DNA of 64,000 nt, taken from the NCBI RefSeq assembly GCF_009914755.1, contig NC_060926.1; one strand, written 5' to 3'. Of the stretch, positions 13,516-28,451 are shown one piece after another. Every line of letters starts with the position of its first letter. The stretch's first letter is position 1. A model generated the notes under the pieces. It made no database searches, was not told where the DNA came from, and saw nothing but the letters and a program-made list of their open reading frames with translations. The translations under genes were made by a program, and so were the position numbers. Source of the stretch: the human T2T-CHM13v2.0 reference genome, Homo sapiens.

Positions 13516-15718
13516 TTTCCCAATTATCCTGATTTTTCACATATTCCATACCACTTAAACTACAAAGTCTTTTAGGTTACTTTGGAAAGCAGTGTCTAAA
13601 ATCTCAATCTCCAGAAATTCATTGCTAAATGCATCCACTAGCAATTATAGGAAAACTACCATGAAAAGCAATATGATGCATATAAAACTTCGAAGGATTA
13701 TAAAATAAAAGGGCAAAGTAGTAATATAGTCAAAGTGGATAAAAATATTTTGCAAATAGAGAAATATTTAAAATAGAAAAAAATCTACAAGGTACTTTAG
13801 GAGCACTGACATGTGTTATATCCGCGTGCACCCTCCATTTAAAAGCCACTGTTATTCATTGTTCATCTTTAAGTACTCTTTGCCAACACACTGAATATCA
13901 GCCCTAAACAAACTGCTCTAGAAAATATGGAATTACACATGGCTGTTGCTTTTTGGATTCATGACACAAATTTTTTTAACCAAATATGAGAGTAACACAT
14001 GGTTTTTGTAAAGAGAATATTTTAAGCAAGACAGTCATTTTGTTCAAGTATCTGTGACAGTAATATTAAGTCCAAACAAAGTAAATGACATCTTATGTGA
14101 TTCAAAATATTTCAAAATACAATATAATGTGATGTTTCTGAAGTTCCAGAGCTGCCAGAAATCTAAGGAAAAGCATTGCTATCTCTTCTGAAAAAAATTT
14201 ATCTCTGTGGCCATTTTACAGAGTATTTGTCAATTTCAACCACATTGAAAATAGAGCTTCAAAAACTTTCTCAGTGGGACTTATTGGGGAAATCAAGAAA
14301 TTTCATAGACATCCTTGGTGACTTTGTTCCAACAATCTGGCCACAGAGGCAACCATAATATCCCATGGGTCCTCACTATACATATACAATTTGAGAACGT
14401 GACGGATCTTTCTCACTCCCACACTGTAAAGGAAAAAATACTAGTTCAAATTTTACACACTACATCTAGCACATACATACTAGAATACTAGGGATGTTCA
14501 CCATCCATAATTTATTCCATTTTTAAAAGGCATTTCTGTATCCAACCTCCTATCACCTCCGTCTCCAGCCCTGCATGCTAACTTTGGATTTGATTTGGTA
14601 TCACATGCCAGAACATGAATATTAGCATGCTTGGGGTTGAGGGGGTGGAGGGAATTTGTATAAACAAGGGATGGGAGGAAACTCCTAGCTTAGCTCTAGG
14701 AAATTAACTGGCCCTAAAACAGTCTAGAGAGCTTCCTCACAGTATTGAATCTTTCATTTTCTCTTATGGTCAGGCCCATTTACTAAGCAGTGTGAAGGAA
14801 TTGCTGCAGCTTTTGGCACATAGCTGACAAGATGCACAAAACTTCAGTTTGATTTCCATATGCTCATTGTGTTCATTTTCTTCCAGCCAAATGCTCCCTA
14901 GATCTTGTTTGCTGTCTCTTTTAGCTTCTCCTAGATTCTCCTGAATGCTAATGTTTTCCTTCCCTTCTCAGTAATGTTCTAGTGGGGGCATGCAAAAGTA
15001 CTTCTTTATCCTAGAAATGGCCACAGTAGGAGTAATATTGCACTTCTATGCAGCAGTTGTCCTCATTGCCAGAGATTGTTAGTTTCATAAAAATGAAGTA
15101 TAATGTTCACACACAAACCGGGCAAACTATTGTAAATAGCAGATTTTTAACAATGACAGAAAACACATGTATTGTTCAGGTACCGAGAAACCTTGTCATA
15201 TGATTTCTATTATAATATTTGCATATTTTAAGTGAATGGCAGTCTTCCATCCCTGAACCTCTAGTTTTTATAGAAAATTGTTTTTAGCAAACACCAAGAA
15301 CACTGAATGTTACAAGCCATACAAGTGACATGAGTGAAATGAAAGGAGTTTTCGCTGGTAGAGCTGGCATGTTAAAGTGATTCTATGCCAAACTCAAGTG
15401 TCACAGAGGAAACCCCAAAAAGGATGATACCCTAATTTTAATACTAAAGACAAAACCTACTTTCAGCAGTACTGTTGAAATAAATGCTACACTTACTGAC
15501 TCCTTCTATGCCACGTACTGAGTGTCTTTGTGGTGTTCAAAGACCAGTGTGGAAATAGATGTGTTCACAAATGCCTGATTCTTTAGGGAGACAGAGAGCA
15601 AAGTACAAGGATGGCCCTAAAAAGAAGACGGTCAGCTCAAGCTAGCGGCATTTTTAAAATCAGGATCTGAAGGCCCCCTTGAATGCTAATATATATGCAG
15701 AAGTAAACTGGAAGATTG

Positions 15719-15806
15719 AGGAAATTTTAGGAAAACAAATAGAATACTTGGGGTTAGTTTACTTCTGCAAGGAAATTTTAGGAAAACAAATAGAATACTT
15801 GGGGTT
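15719..15806 (+). repeat. 37-bp direct duplication with a 14-nt spacer
   Basis: AGGAAATTTTAGGAAAACAAATAGAATACTTGGGGTT occurs at 15719-15755 and 15770-15806. Confidence 0.95.
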
Positions 15807-17429
15807 CCATCCTCAAACTTTTGAGTTTACATCCTCCTGGAATCCTGGAATCAGCCCTAGAACTTAAGCAAGTATGATTAAGGGAGAACAGCCAGTGTAG
15901 AACTAAACATCTAGATCTAGATTCCTATAACCTGGAGGAGGAGGGAGAATGTTCGACATATAATTCAGTGCAAGGTAAAATTTACTAGGGCTGAAAGGGT
16001 AGAAGATATGTAAACACTTTCTACCATGTGGTCTGTTATTATTGACATCTGTGTTGTTGGTGTTTCTGTAGGTGCTCCTTCAAAATAGATGCAACAATTA
16101 ATTTAATAATAAAGACTAGCATCAACATGAAAGCTACTGAGTAGATCAAGCGAGCAACACTTATTCAAGATCATTATAGAGCAAAACTCACTGAAATTAT
16201 ATCTAGCTTTCTCCCTCAGTGACAGGATTCAATAATTGAAGGGTTTTAGGTACTTGCAATGTAATAGACACATGAAGTGACAGATATTCCATGGGAATCA
16301 AATAAGGAAAAGCACATAAGTAACTGGGTTTTGGTGGAAAACAAACAGCCTTGCGATGACTTTATCAATTCTTAGCTTAGTGTGACTTTTCTCTCATACT
16401 AATAGTTGGAAAAAGATCATTTTGTCCTGAAGAAGCACAGTGAATAGTATGCCATAGGCACCAAGCAGAGCTTGTTGACTGAGTCCACAAATACATGAAG
16501 GTTTGCCTCTAACTGTATGCATTAGAGTTTTTATTTCTTCTTCCAGATGCTTTCATAATTTAGGTTTCACACTGAGTCATGCAAGCTAATGTGAATTCTG
16601 CCTTCTTCCAGTGTCTTCTCAATTTGGAGGCTAATGCCAGTATAATTCTCGGGTTGTCATTAAACCTCCAAAAATCATATGACTCATGGACACTTTCTTC
16701 TCTGAGGCTCTTTGCCAGTAGTACACTACCAAAGCAATTGCTAGTGTACTACTTGTTAGTTCTGAGCCATGTAGCTCAGCATCTCTCCTGTATTATGGGT
16801 GTTCCGTCACTGCTTGACAACACAAGGCATGCAATTTACAGGCTTAAAACATTTACACAATTTAAAAAAATTTTGTGCCAGTATTCTCTAGGATCTGCGT
16901 GGGCATTTAAAAAAAATGCATGTTGGCAGAGATGATGTACTTTTGATTTCTGAATATAAACAGTGCAAGCCAGGACTTACAATTCATAAATAAATGTCCA
17001 TGTTTTCCCTGCATGATATAAATACTCTAAAACACTGCCTACAAATTGAAAGCTAAGCAGGGAACTCAACCAAGTCCAGTGGATTGAGGTACCATTCTGA
17101 GAGCATGGAAGCATCCTTGATGTTTTAGTATACATAAAGCAGCTAAAGGTAGACCACAAATGCTTTAGTCAAATCCAACCAAGTTGTTAACAGACAATTT
17201 GTCAAGGGGCTGCTGTGATAATAGCTTGCTTTTGGTGGCCAACTATTTTAACTCATGTTTAGGCTAGACCAAGCTCTTAGCCTTCCAGAGATTCTTTTTA
17301 AGAGCACTAATAGCAGCATTTGTAGTCAATACACAGTTTGAAGTTCCTTTAAAATTAATTGGGAAATTCCACTTTACATCTAGACTGATCCTTCCTGCTT
17401 CGGCATTATCTACATGTTGATTCAAGGGG

Positions 17430-17887
17430 TAGTTTTTACCTTCTTATTGCTTCTGTAACAACTTACCACAAACTTAATCACTTAAAAGAAAACACATTTA
17501 TTTTTGTACAGTTCTGTGGATCAGAAGTCTGAAACCAAGCAGTTGGCAAGACTGCTGCATTTGTTCTGGAGGCTCCAAGAAATCTGTTTTCTTTCATTTT
17601 CTAGCTCCTAGAGACCACCTGCATTACTCGGCTCAAGACTGTTTTGTCTCATCCCTCCAGCTCCTTGCTTTCTTCCCCACACTTCCTCTGATCCACCTGC
17701 GCTCCTCTTATTAGACCCTTGTAATTACAATGGACCCATCTAGATAATTTATGCTAATTTCTCCATCTCAAAATTCTTCACTCAATTGTGTCAGCACACT
17801 CGCTTTTACCATGTAAGGTGACATATTTACAGGTTGTGGGGATTAGGATGTGGGCATCCTTAGGAGGCCATTTTTCAGCCTACCACA
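17430..17887 (-). mobile_element. MLT1 (ERVL-MaLR) solo LTR
   Basis: Typical MLT1B/C termini: attgcttctgtaacaacttaccacaaactta... and ...ggaggccatttttcagcctaccaca. Confidence 0.8.
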
Positions 17888-18043
17888 GGTATGTATACCA
17901 AAGGGGACACAAATATAGCAACTTCACCAATTTAGGACATTATTTCCCTCTCTAAAGCACCAGAGAATCACAGATGAAAAGAAGCAATCAGGACAACATT
18001 AAGTTATGCTACTGCAAACAGACCATATTAAAAAGTTGGCTTA

Positions 18044-18375
<332 letters not shown>

Positions 18376-21300
18376 TTATCAAAGACTGAGATCTGGGTAG
18401 AATTATAAGATACTGTTCTTGGATCAGCTTTCTTGTTCCTAAACATAACAGCCTTGATGCCCTTTCATTGCCTTATCTAGGTGCCTCTGCTAAGGCTCAG
18501 AGATAAACACTGAGCTGGATCAAAGATTTTACCTTCCAGCATCTTTCAGGATCACTCTGCAAACTTACTGGTACAAAGAGACAAACCCAGATATGCAAAT
18601 ATTTTTAAAGTGGCTAATGCAGTGTTTAGAATCAAGTTGGCTTGAAACCCGCATGTGAAATGCAAGTGCTGCACAAATTCCCTTTATTGCTCAAATGCTC
18701 CAGAAAGAACAATCCCTAGGGCTGTGCTGTGCCATTTGGAATGAAAATGAACATCATATGAAAACTTGGGTATATTCTAAAGGTCAGTGGAATTTCAACC
18801 ACATGTTTTGCTTCCATACAACAGACTCGGCCATAGGAGTGGTTAATAAGTTCCATTTGGGAAAAGAAATATAAACATTCTTAATAATATGTTTCCATTT
18901 CAACCTTGGCTCTTTCTTAAACTTCAAAACAGTCTCAATATTCATTTATTATTTATTCATTCTTTTATTTCTAATGTATCCAACACTTATTACCAAAAAT
19001 CAAATATTTTTAAATGTCTAAAATTGAACTCATCACTCCCCACCTGCCACATATCATCTCTTTCTGCTTCCTCTTCCTTGAACCTGTTTTGTTTTCTCCG
19101 TCTCAGGGAGTGACATTACCCATCACCCCATTCAGAAACTAGGAATGAGCTAGAAGTGTCTTCCCCTGCCTCATTTTCTATATCCAATGTCATTAAATCC
19201 TACAATGTACTAAACGAAGATTTTTTCCTGTTTATATATAAATATATGCCTTATTTCAGACTCTTGTCTCTTGCCTGGACAATCACAATAGCTTTGTAAC
19301 TCACATTCTGGTTTTTGATCCTGCTCATTTTGTTCAGTCCTTTACATTCTGAACAGAGCGCACGTTCAGAAATGTTAGTGTCATGTCACTTTCCTACCTC
19401 AAACTTTTCAGTGGCTCCCCATTTCTTAGAGGTTAACATTTAAACAACTAATTTTGCTACAAAAGGCCTTTTGTAATCTTCACCAGCCCTCTCTTCAGCA
19501 CTCCATCTTTCTGGGCCTCTAGTTCCATTTATGAACCCTATGACTCAGCTACACAACTTCCTCTTTGCCCAGCACTGCAACAAAAATTAGCAAAACAGCT
19601 CCTTCTATTCAAGATGTTACAGTCTCTTGGAAGGAATAAAACTGTTGAACTATGTTTTAAAAGAAAAAGATAGTTAAATGATATCATAAGGGAAGAACTA
19701 AGTGCTTTGAGGTTCGAAGGTCAGAGAAAGTATTTTTCAGGGGAGAATCAGTGTAGCATTCATAACATGCTGCAAGTATAAATTCTGTAAATAGAAAGAA
19801 AATATAAAGGACATTCAAGATAGGAAAGAATATCGTTCTGATCTTTTAAAGGTCTCAGTCAAATTTTACAAATCTTCTTATTCGTATTTTAAGCACCTTG
19901 AGCTGTAATAAATTTAGTACCACAGACACTATGCTGGTGGGCAGTTTCAGTGCCTGGAGCAGTCTCAGATTTTATAATCAGTGACTAGGGGAAGGAAGAA
20001 AATAGTGAATGCTTTAGACAAATTATTTGCAAAGCATACAAACAAAAAATTACTCAGAGAGAAATAATCGCTCTTTTTGGACAAGCATCCACTGTTGCTG
20101 GCAGTGTAATATTTCTCATTTCTGTTAATGACTATGATTGACTCCCATTTCATTCCAATCTATCAGCTCTTAGTGATTTTTATTGACTTCTCTTTCCAAC
20201 TTAAAACCTGCAGTTCATTAATCCACCCTCTTTCTTGATGATTCCCACTTGCCTAGCAAAATCCCAAACCCGCATCAATCTAAATGTCTGCCTCCTCCAA
20301 TACCAGCCTTTGGCTGTTGAGAGGCACCCACACAAATATTCCTCTTCATACCACAATAGAAGCCAGGGTATTTCTCCCAGCCAAGCTGTCAGTGATACCC
20401 ATGCAGACCTCAAGAGCTGACTCTAACTGCATGCACTCACCCCCAGCAGACGATGTCTTTCCTTCACAGTAAAATGAAATAGCATCATTTTAACTCCTTC
20501 ATTGCCAACATCAAGAAACTTACCTGTCCCCATCCTTATCTTTGTATTGCAAAAGAATTTTTCTTCCTTTTGAAAAACATATTGTGGTTTAGTGTTTAAG
20601 GCCTGATGTTGCTCATTTCTAACAAGCTCTCTTGGAAGGCTACTGCTGCTGGTCCGGAGATCAGCTTCGCTGTGATTCACAGTTCCTGGAACTCATTTTC
20701 TACATGAACACTCAGAACTTCTTTTCCTAACCTGCAACCTTTCCTCACTACTGGCTTTTTCCTTTCAGCATATTGATAAACACATGGCCCTGATCTTTAA
20801 AGAAAGAAAAATAGGCCTTAGAAGTTGACTGAATGAATAAATACCAAACCAGTAAGTCCTACCTCTGGTTACTTAGCCCTGCATCTCACCTTCTCTTCAA
20901 ACTGAGCCTTCCTGACTGTGTAATCAACATGCTTTTTTTTTCCCCACATCTCACTTTCAAAACAATAGAGGTCCAATTTTATCCCCACAATGACATAGGA
21001 ATTGCTCTCACAATGCCATTCAGGACCTGCTGGATGATAAACTCAATGGATGCTTCCCAACCTTGGTCTATTCAACATTCTAGTAGTATTGGACACCTTA
21101 TTAAAACCTTACAAGCTTCTTCTTCTCTGACTTGTATTATATCATCCTACTCCTATTTCTGTAATCATTAATTCACAGCTCCCTTCCCAGGGTTCTATTT
21201 CTCTACTCACGACTTAAATGTTAGTTCCTTGGGATTCCTTCCTTAGTCGTCTTCCTATTATATATTCTCTCTCTTCATAGGAATCCACTTTCATGAATTC

Positions 21301-21770
21301 AATCACTATATTTCTCTTGAAGACTTCTAAAATGATGCCTCAAGAGCAAATATTTCCCTTGAGATCTCAACCCTCATATTCGACTGCTTAATTTAAGATT
21401 TCCACTTGTAAGCCAAAGACATTTAAAATGCACTATCTCTATAACTAAACTCTAGACTTTTCTCCTAAGCTTTCCTCTTTTATATTTCTCTTCTCAAAAG
21501 ATATCACCTGCTATTGAGCACATAAGCAAGAAACATGGGCACCATCTTATTTCCTTCCTCTTCCATACCTCTTGTGTATCCACATTCTATCAACTCTACT
21601 CCTTTCAGTGTCTCCCCAGCCCATCCCCTCTTCTCCATTCTTACTGCCACTAGTTCAACGTGGTCCTTCCCCATCCCTTTCCAAAAGCAGTTGCTGCTCT
21701 TGCTCCCTCTAGTCTGGGTGCCTTCTATCCCCACCCCACAGAGCAACAGAAGTGATCTGGCTAATGCCAT

Positions 21771-22412
21771 TGTTGACAGTAACAGTCGAACTCTGTAAGA
21801 TATTTGAAGAGATTTATTCTGAGCCAAATATGAGTGACTGATGGCCTATGACACAGCCCCAGGGGATCATGTGCCCAAAGTGATCAGGCTACAGCTTGAT
21901 TTTATATATTTTAGAGATACATAAGACGTTAATCAACACATGTAAGATGTACATGGGTTTGGTCTAGAAAGGTGGGACAACTGGAAGTGGGGGCTTCCCG
22001 GTCATAGGCAGATTCAAAGATTTTCTGATTGGCAGTTGGTTGAAAGAGTTCTTATCTAAAGACCTGGAGTGTCTGGGTTAAGATAAGGGGTTATGGAGAC
22101 CAAGGTTTTATCATACAGGTGAAGCCTCCAGGTAGCAGGCTTCAGAGAGAATAGATTGTAAATGTTTTTTGTTTTATTTTGATCAGACTTAAAGAACATG
22201 TTTTATTCAGTCTTAATGTCTCTATATTGATGTTAATGCTGGTCAGCTGTGCCTGGATTCCAAAAGGTAGGAGAGTAAAATGAGGCATGTCTAGACTCCC
22301 CACTTCCCATCACAGCCTGAACTAGTTTTTCAGGTTAACTTTGGAATGCCCTTGGCCAAGGGGAAGGTCCATCAGTTGGCTGAGAGGCTTAGAATTTCAT
22401 TTTTGGTTTACA
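21771..22412 (-). mobile_element. MER4-family (ERV1) solo LTR, MER4A-like
   Basis: TG...CA termini; MER4 motifs gatttattctgagccaaatatgagtgac and aactagtttttcaggttaactttggaatgcccttggccaag...ttttggtttaca. Confidence 0.85.
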
Positions 22413-22811
22413 GCACAAACATGATACAAAAAATCTGCAGCATCTCTCCAGTGCTTAAAGGTCTGTAGAACCTGGCCACAGCCTCTCCTTTTCCTCCAGC
22501 CTCAATTCCCAAGACTCCTGCTGGCACCCTAAGATCCCAGGTACATAGAATTGCTCACATTTATCCCTCCAATAGACCACAAGCCCATCTTTGCCCAGGC
22601 CACTAACTCATCTTGGACTCTTTCTGCACTCACCACTACCATCCTGATTCTTTACCAAAATAGTTCCTTTTCACCCCACAAGTCTCCACTCAGTCTTTAT
22701 ATCCTCTAGGAAGCCTACCTCTTCCTCAGTTCAGTTAAGTCCCCTGTATATTCTTCTGTAACACCCTATTTCTAACTTTGTATTTGCCTCACTGTTTGCT
22801 ACAGTGTACGG

Positions 22812-24001
22812 TGTCAACCAAAAATAAAATTCTAAGCCCCTCAATTGACTGAATGAACCCCCTTCTCAGCCAAGAATATTCCAAAGTAAGCCTGAAAAAC
22901 TAGTTCAGGCCGTGATGAGAAAGACAGGTGTTTTGGGGGGCCAGACATGCCTTGCCTGTAATCCCAGCACTTTGGGGGCCGAGGCGGGTGGATCACCTGA
23001 AGTCAGGAGTTCAAGACCGGCCTGAATAACATGGAGAAACCCCATCTCCACTAAAAATACAAAATTAGCCGGGTGTGGTGGTGCATGCCTGTAATCCCAG
23101 CTACTCAGGAGGCTGAGGCAGGAGAATCGCTTGAACCCAGGAGGCAGAGTTTGCAGTGAGCCAAGATCACGCCATTGCACTATAGCCTGGGCAACAAGAG
23201 CAAAACTCCATCTCAAAACAAAACAAACAAATAAAACAAAGCAAAACAAATTCAGGCAAAAGTGACAAGCACTCACATTAAAAGAGAAATCTTAAGACTG
23301 ACAAAACAGACTCTTTGTAGCAATAAGATACCAAATTCCAACCTTACTCTAGAATAGTATGACATGACAGACAGCAGGCCCTGAAAGAAACTGTATTTTA
23401 CCTTAAAATATATTTCTTTGACATACTTCGAAATGGCCCTGCAAAATTGCCTCTTGTGGGGAAAATCTACATTCTCTGAAGAATCCTCCTTCCCTTTCCT
23501 GGCCTTTTCCTGATCCAGGAAAGGTTTAACTAAGTTTGACACATTTAACTAAGTTTGGCACATGTCTGATAAAAGACATTTACCATCTATTTTCTGAAGC
23601 CTAGAAGTTTTAGCTACATAACAAGAACCTTGGCTTCCACAAGCCCCGCCCCCATCTTAACTACAAACATTTCTTTCTGCTGATTTTAACTATTCAGGAA
23701 GAGTGTAACCCTTTCTACCAATTGCCATCAGAAAATCTTTGAATCCACCTATGACCTGGAAGACCCTTCTCTGACTTCAAGTTGTCCCGCCCTTACAGCC
23801 TAACAAATGTACACCTTCTGTGTATTTGATGTCTGCTTGTAACTTCTACGTCTAATATGTATAAAATCCAGCTGTAATCCAACCACCTTGGGCATATGTT
23901 ATCAGGACCTGTTGAGACTGTGCCTTCGGCCTTGGTCACTCACATTTGGCTCAGAATAAATTCCTTCAAATATTTTAGAGTTTGATTCTTTTTCATCAAT
24001 A
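22812..24001 (+). mobile_element. MER4-family (ERV1) solo LTR, longer subtype (MER4D/E-like), containing an Alu
   Basis: Starts tgtcaaccaaaaataaaattctaagcccc and ends ggctcagaataaa...tttcatcaata. Near-TSD ACGG/AAGG. Confidence 0.85.
22953..23250 (+). mobile_element. AluSp-like, slightly 5'-truncated, inside the MER4 LTR
   Basis: Diagnostic catggagaaacccc and ggcaacaagagcaaaactcc; (AAAC)n tail. Confidence 0.93.
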
Positions 24002-24628
24002 AAGGCCATTGAGAGCTGGAAATACATCTTATTATCACTTTATTTCCAGTATTTTGCTATCTCTGGCACATATGAAACCATTAATACATGTTTTTGAATA
24101 AATGAATAATTAACTATTCTTAATAGTTTAAAACTGGCAATTTCTGGGAAGAGAACAGGTTTGGGGATATCTTTGAGCTAAGAGTGGCAGCATTTCTCCT
24201 GATCGCTGTTGTCTCTACCATCCCCACTTCTAAATGTTTCCTCTAAATTCAGGTAAAACTCATTTTCACAAGCAAGAATAAAAACTAAGATTTCTAAACT
24301 CCCTGGAGGCCATCCCCTAGTCTAATAATTGTACTTTATTTATTTGCTCATTAGTGTATGAAGCTGTTTTCCTATTTTCAGAAAGCTCTATGGGCTCTTC
24401 AGTAATATTCTCATCATATAAAATCTCAATCATTCTCCTACTTGGAAATAAATGTTGTTGTCTAAAGCCCATTTATGTTTATGATGAAAGGCAAAGGTCC
24501 CAATCTATGATCTCAATGACTATACAAAAATGTATTCTCTGAGACAAAATAGCACCTCCAAGTGTGTTCACCAGCACACTCAGATGAGCACATCAAGTCT
24601 CGGCAGATCACCAATGCAGAGAGTTCCT

Positions 24629-24825
24629 CCCGTCTCTACTAAAAATAAAAATAAATATAAATTAGCTGGGCATGATGGCATGAGCCTGTAATCCCAGCTA
24701 CTCAGGGGGCTGAGGCAGGAGAATCACTTGAACTTGGGACACGGAGGTTGCAATGAACCGAGACTGTGCCACTGCCCTCCAGCCTGGGTGACAGAGCAAG
24801 ACTCCATCTCAAAAAATAAATAAAA
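24629..24825 (+). mobile_element. 5'-truncated AluS (linker plus right arm)
   Basis: cccgtctctactaaaaata...ctccatctcaaaaaataaataaaa. Confidence 0.9.
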
Positions 24826-25663
24826 TTTAGTTTTGGAGGTTTATTCTGCAGCAATTTAAACTTAGGCCAAACTGATTGTTTTTCTGGCTTAAATTGCATT
24901 ATGGACTTCAAGGAGAAAAACACAAACAGTTGGCAAATTTACAGCCTTAAAACAAAATTGTCTTAACTTGAGGGATTCCCTTAATATTGCTTCTTATAAT
25001 TTCTCTTTTTAAGAACTTTCCTATTTCATGAGAATCTAGAAACATGAAGGGTCACACACAGGAACTACTTCAAGCTAGAGTTACCCCCACCCGAAAAAAT
25101 ACCCTACAACAATATAATATCTTTTGATGTAAATTCCTTATGAGTTGGGTGCCACAGCCAGAGTAGGAGTTAGGTAACAGAGCTCGGTAATGTTATTCAT
25201 TTTTTATGCACACTCTAATTCTGTTAGCAAATCTAGCATACTACAATCTGAGGTGAGGAATCCATACCAGGAGGACTTCCAGTAAATACAAAATAATCCA
25301 GTGATTTCTAAAATCAACCTCCTCACTTCCTTATTCCTCCAGTTTAACTCCTTAGTCTATCATTTCAACCACTCTCTTGTTAATATCTTCCACTCCTTTG
25401 CTCCTAGCATCCCAAATGCCTGCCAAAACCTCAAGCCTAAATTATAGCTAACACTTGTACAGGGCACACTTCGTGCTGACTATCCTCAGCACATGGTGTG
25501 CATTGACTCTTTAGTAATTACAGCAACCCTACAGGGGCAGGGAGTCTTCTTACTGTTCCCTGTTCACAGATAAGGAAACAGTGCGGGGTTGGGGAGAGAG
25601 TGGGAGTAAGTGACATGCCTGAGGTCACACTGCTATTAAATAATGACTATTTGCCTCAGATGC

Positions 25664-26018
25664 TGTATTAGTTCGTTTACATGCTGCTGATAAAGACATA
25701 CCCGAGACTGGGTAATTTATAAAGAAAAAGAGGTTTGATGGACTCACAGTTCCACATGGCTGGGGAGACCTCACAATCACGGCAGAAGGCAACTCTTCAC
25801 AGGGTGGCAGGGGAGAGAATGAAAACCAAGCTAAACGGGTTTCCCCTTATAAAAGCCATCAAATCTCGTGAGACGTATTCACTACCATGATAACAGTTTG
25901 CGGGAAACCACCCCCATGATTAAATTATCTCCCACCAGTTCCCTACCACAACACATGTGAATCATGGGAGCTACAATTCAAGATGAGATTTGGGTAGGGA
26001 CACAGCCAAACCATATCA
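25664..26018 (-). mobile_element. THE1 (MaLR) solo LTR, complete, inserted in a MIR
   Basis: tgtattagt...gataaagacatacccgagactggg...cacagccaaaccatatca, with a perfect 5-bp TSD GATGC at 25659-25663 and 26019-26023. Confidence 0.95.
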
Positions 26019-27363
26019 GATGCTCTTCCACAATATTGCTGAGCTCTGATGGGAAAGACCACACAAGCCACCAAATTGATACCACTACAAATTATAGTAG
26101 TCTTCCTCATGGGACTGTCAACCCTACTCAAACAAATATATTAGGCGTCCCCAGTCAGCTAGACTTTTTATTCTCCCCAGTGACTGTCTCAACCATTTCC
26201 TTTTTTCATCTTTTCTTCACCCTTAGCAGATTAGGGCCCCTCCTACTGCTCAGAGAAAATAGAAATTATCAGACAGAAATTATTTCAGCTCCTAGTGCCT
26301 ATTACTATAGAAGAGGGCCCTCACGTCCCATCTAACAACACAGAATTTCGTGCCTTTCTGCTGTCTCAGGTACTCTAGTCTCCCTAGCCATTCTCTTTTA
26401 CATTCAACCTCTCTCTCCCACCAGATTATTTCTCACCAGCATTTAAAGATATTTCTCTCTCATTTTAACTATCCTCCCTCTGCACTGTCTCTTACAGCTA
26501 CTGAACTCTTTTTATTTCTGCAGCTTTTACTTCCCATCCATTCATCAGTCTTCCCCAGCCTGGCCTTTGCCTTCACCACTCCGCAGACATTGTACTTGTC
26601 AAGCAAGGTCACCAAGGAGCTTGTCTCTGCCTTATCTCCACGCCCATCTCAGCTGCACTTGACACTGCTGTCACAGTCCTGCCAGAAACCTTTACTTTCC
26701 TTTGCTTCTCTGCTATCATGTATTGCTATTTTTTTCCTTCCTTTTTGAAATCTTTTTTGTCTTCTTAGGTGGCTCCATCTCATCTGTCTTCCCTTAAATG
26801 ACAATGTCGTCCTAGGCCCTCTTTCTTCTTGCAGGACATCAAATGCTCATTCACTCCCCTGAATTCAATTACCATTCATTTTCCAGGGGTTCCACCTCTC
26901 TATGCCCAACTCAGTCAATTCTATTCCCCTATTCATCTCTGCTTAGATGATTCATGTGTATATCAATTCAAACTTTCTAACATTGACCTCATTCTCTTTT
27001 CTCCAAATCCTGCCCCTTCTCCAGCATTCCATACACTTGTTCAAATTAGAAACTTAAGGAGCATGTTCTACCTTATTCCACACATTCAGTCTACCACCAA
27101 CATGAATCATGCTGACTCTATTGCCTAAATATTGCTCACACCCATTCACTTCTCTCCCTTCTTCATGGCCACCACCCACAATTATCTTTGCCTGGACTAG
27201 TGTAAAAATTGATTCAATTATTCTACTTCTAGCAACACAGCCCCTGCCTCTGCAACAACTCATTATCCACATTAAAACCAGCGTCATCTATGTAAAAAGT
27301 AAATTGGTTATGTCGTGGTTGCAATTGCACCTTAGATGCAATACAAGTACCAACTATAGTTTT

Positions 27364-28118
<755 letters not shown>

Positions 28119-28152
28119 TGAACTCTTTATTTTTCACAAATTTAATCCCATT

Positions 28153-28451
28153 CTTTTCTTTTTTCATTTTTTTTTTTTTGAGATAGATTTTACTCTGTTG
28201 CCCAGGCTGCAGTGCAGTGGTGTGATCACAGCTCACTGCAGCCTTGAACCCTTGAGCTTAAGCGATCCTCTCATCTCAGCATCTCAAGTAATTAAAACAA
28301 CAGATGTATGCCCAGCTAATTTTTTTAAAAATTGTAGAGACAAGGTCTAGTATGTTGCCCAGGCTAGTCTTGAATTCCTGGCCTCAAGCCATCCTCCAAC
28401 CTCAGCCTCCCAAAGTGCTGGGATTATAGGCATGAGCCACTGAGCCCAGCC
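28153..28451 (-). mobile_element. AluJ
   Basis: Poly-T, gatcacagctcactgcagccttgaac, ends ...gagcccagcc. Confidence 0.92.

Larger units (their letters stand above)
20130..24110 (+). mobile_element. Degraded L2 LINE interrupted by two MER4-family LTRs
   Basis: Pyrimidine-rich L2-like body with an L2 3' tail at about 24060-24110 (tggcacatatg...tgaataaatgaat). Boundaries are approximate. Confidence 0.6.

Noticed and set aside
22905-23276. Alu-derived ORFs (also 42360-42683, 48433-48714, 61586-61804)
   Set aside because: Typical translations of antisense Alu sequence.
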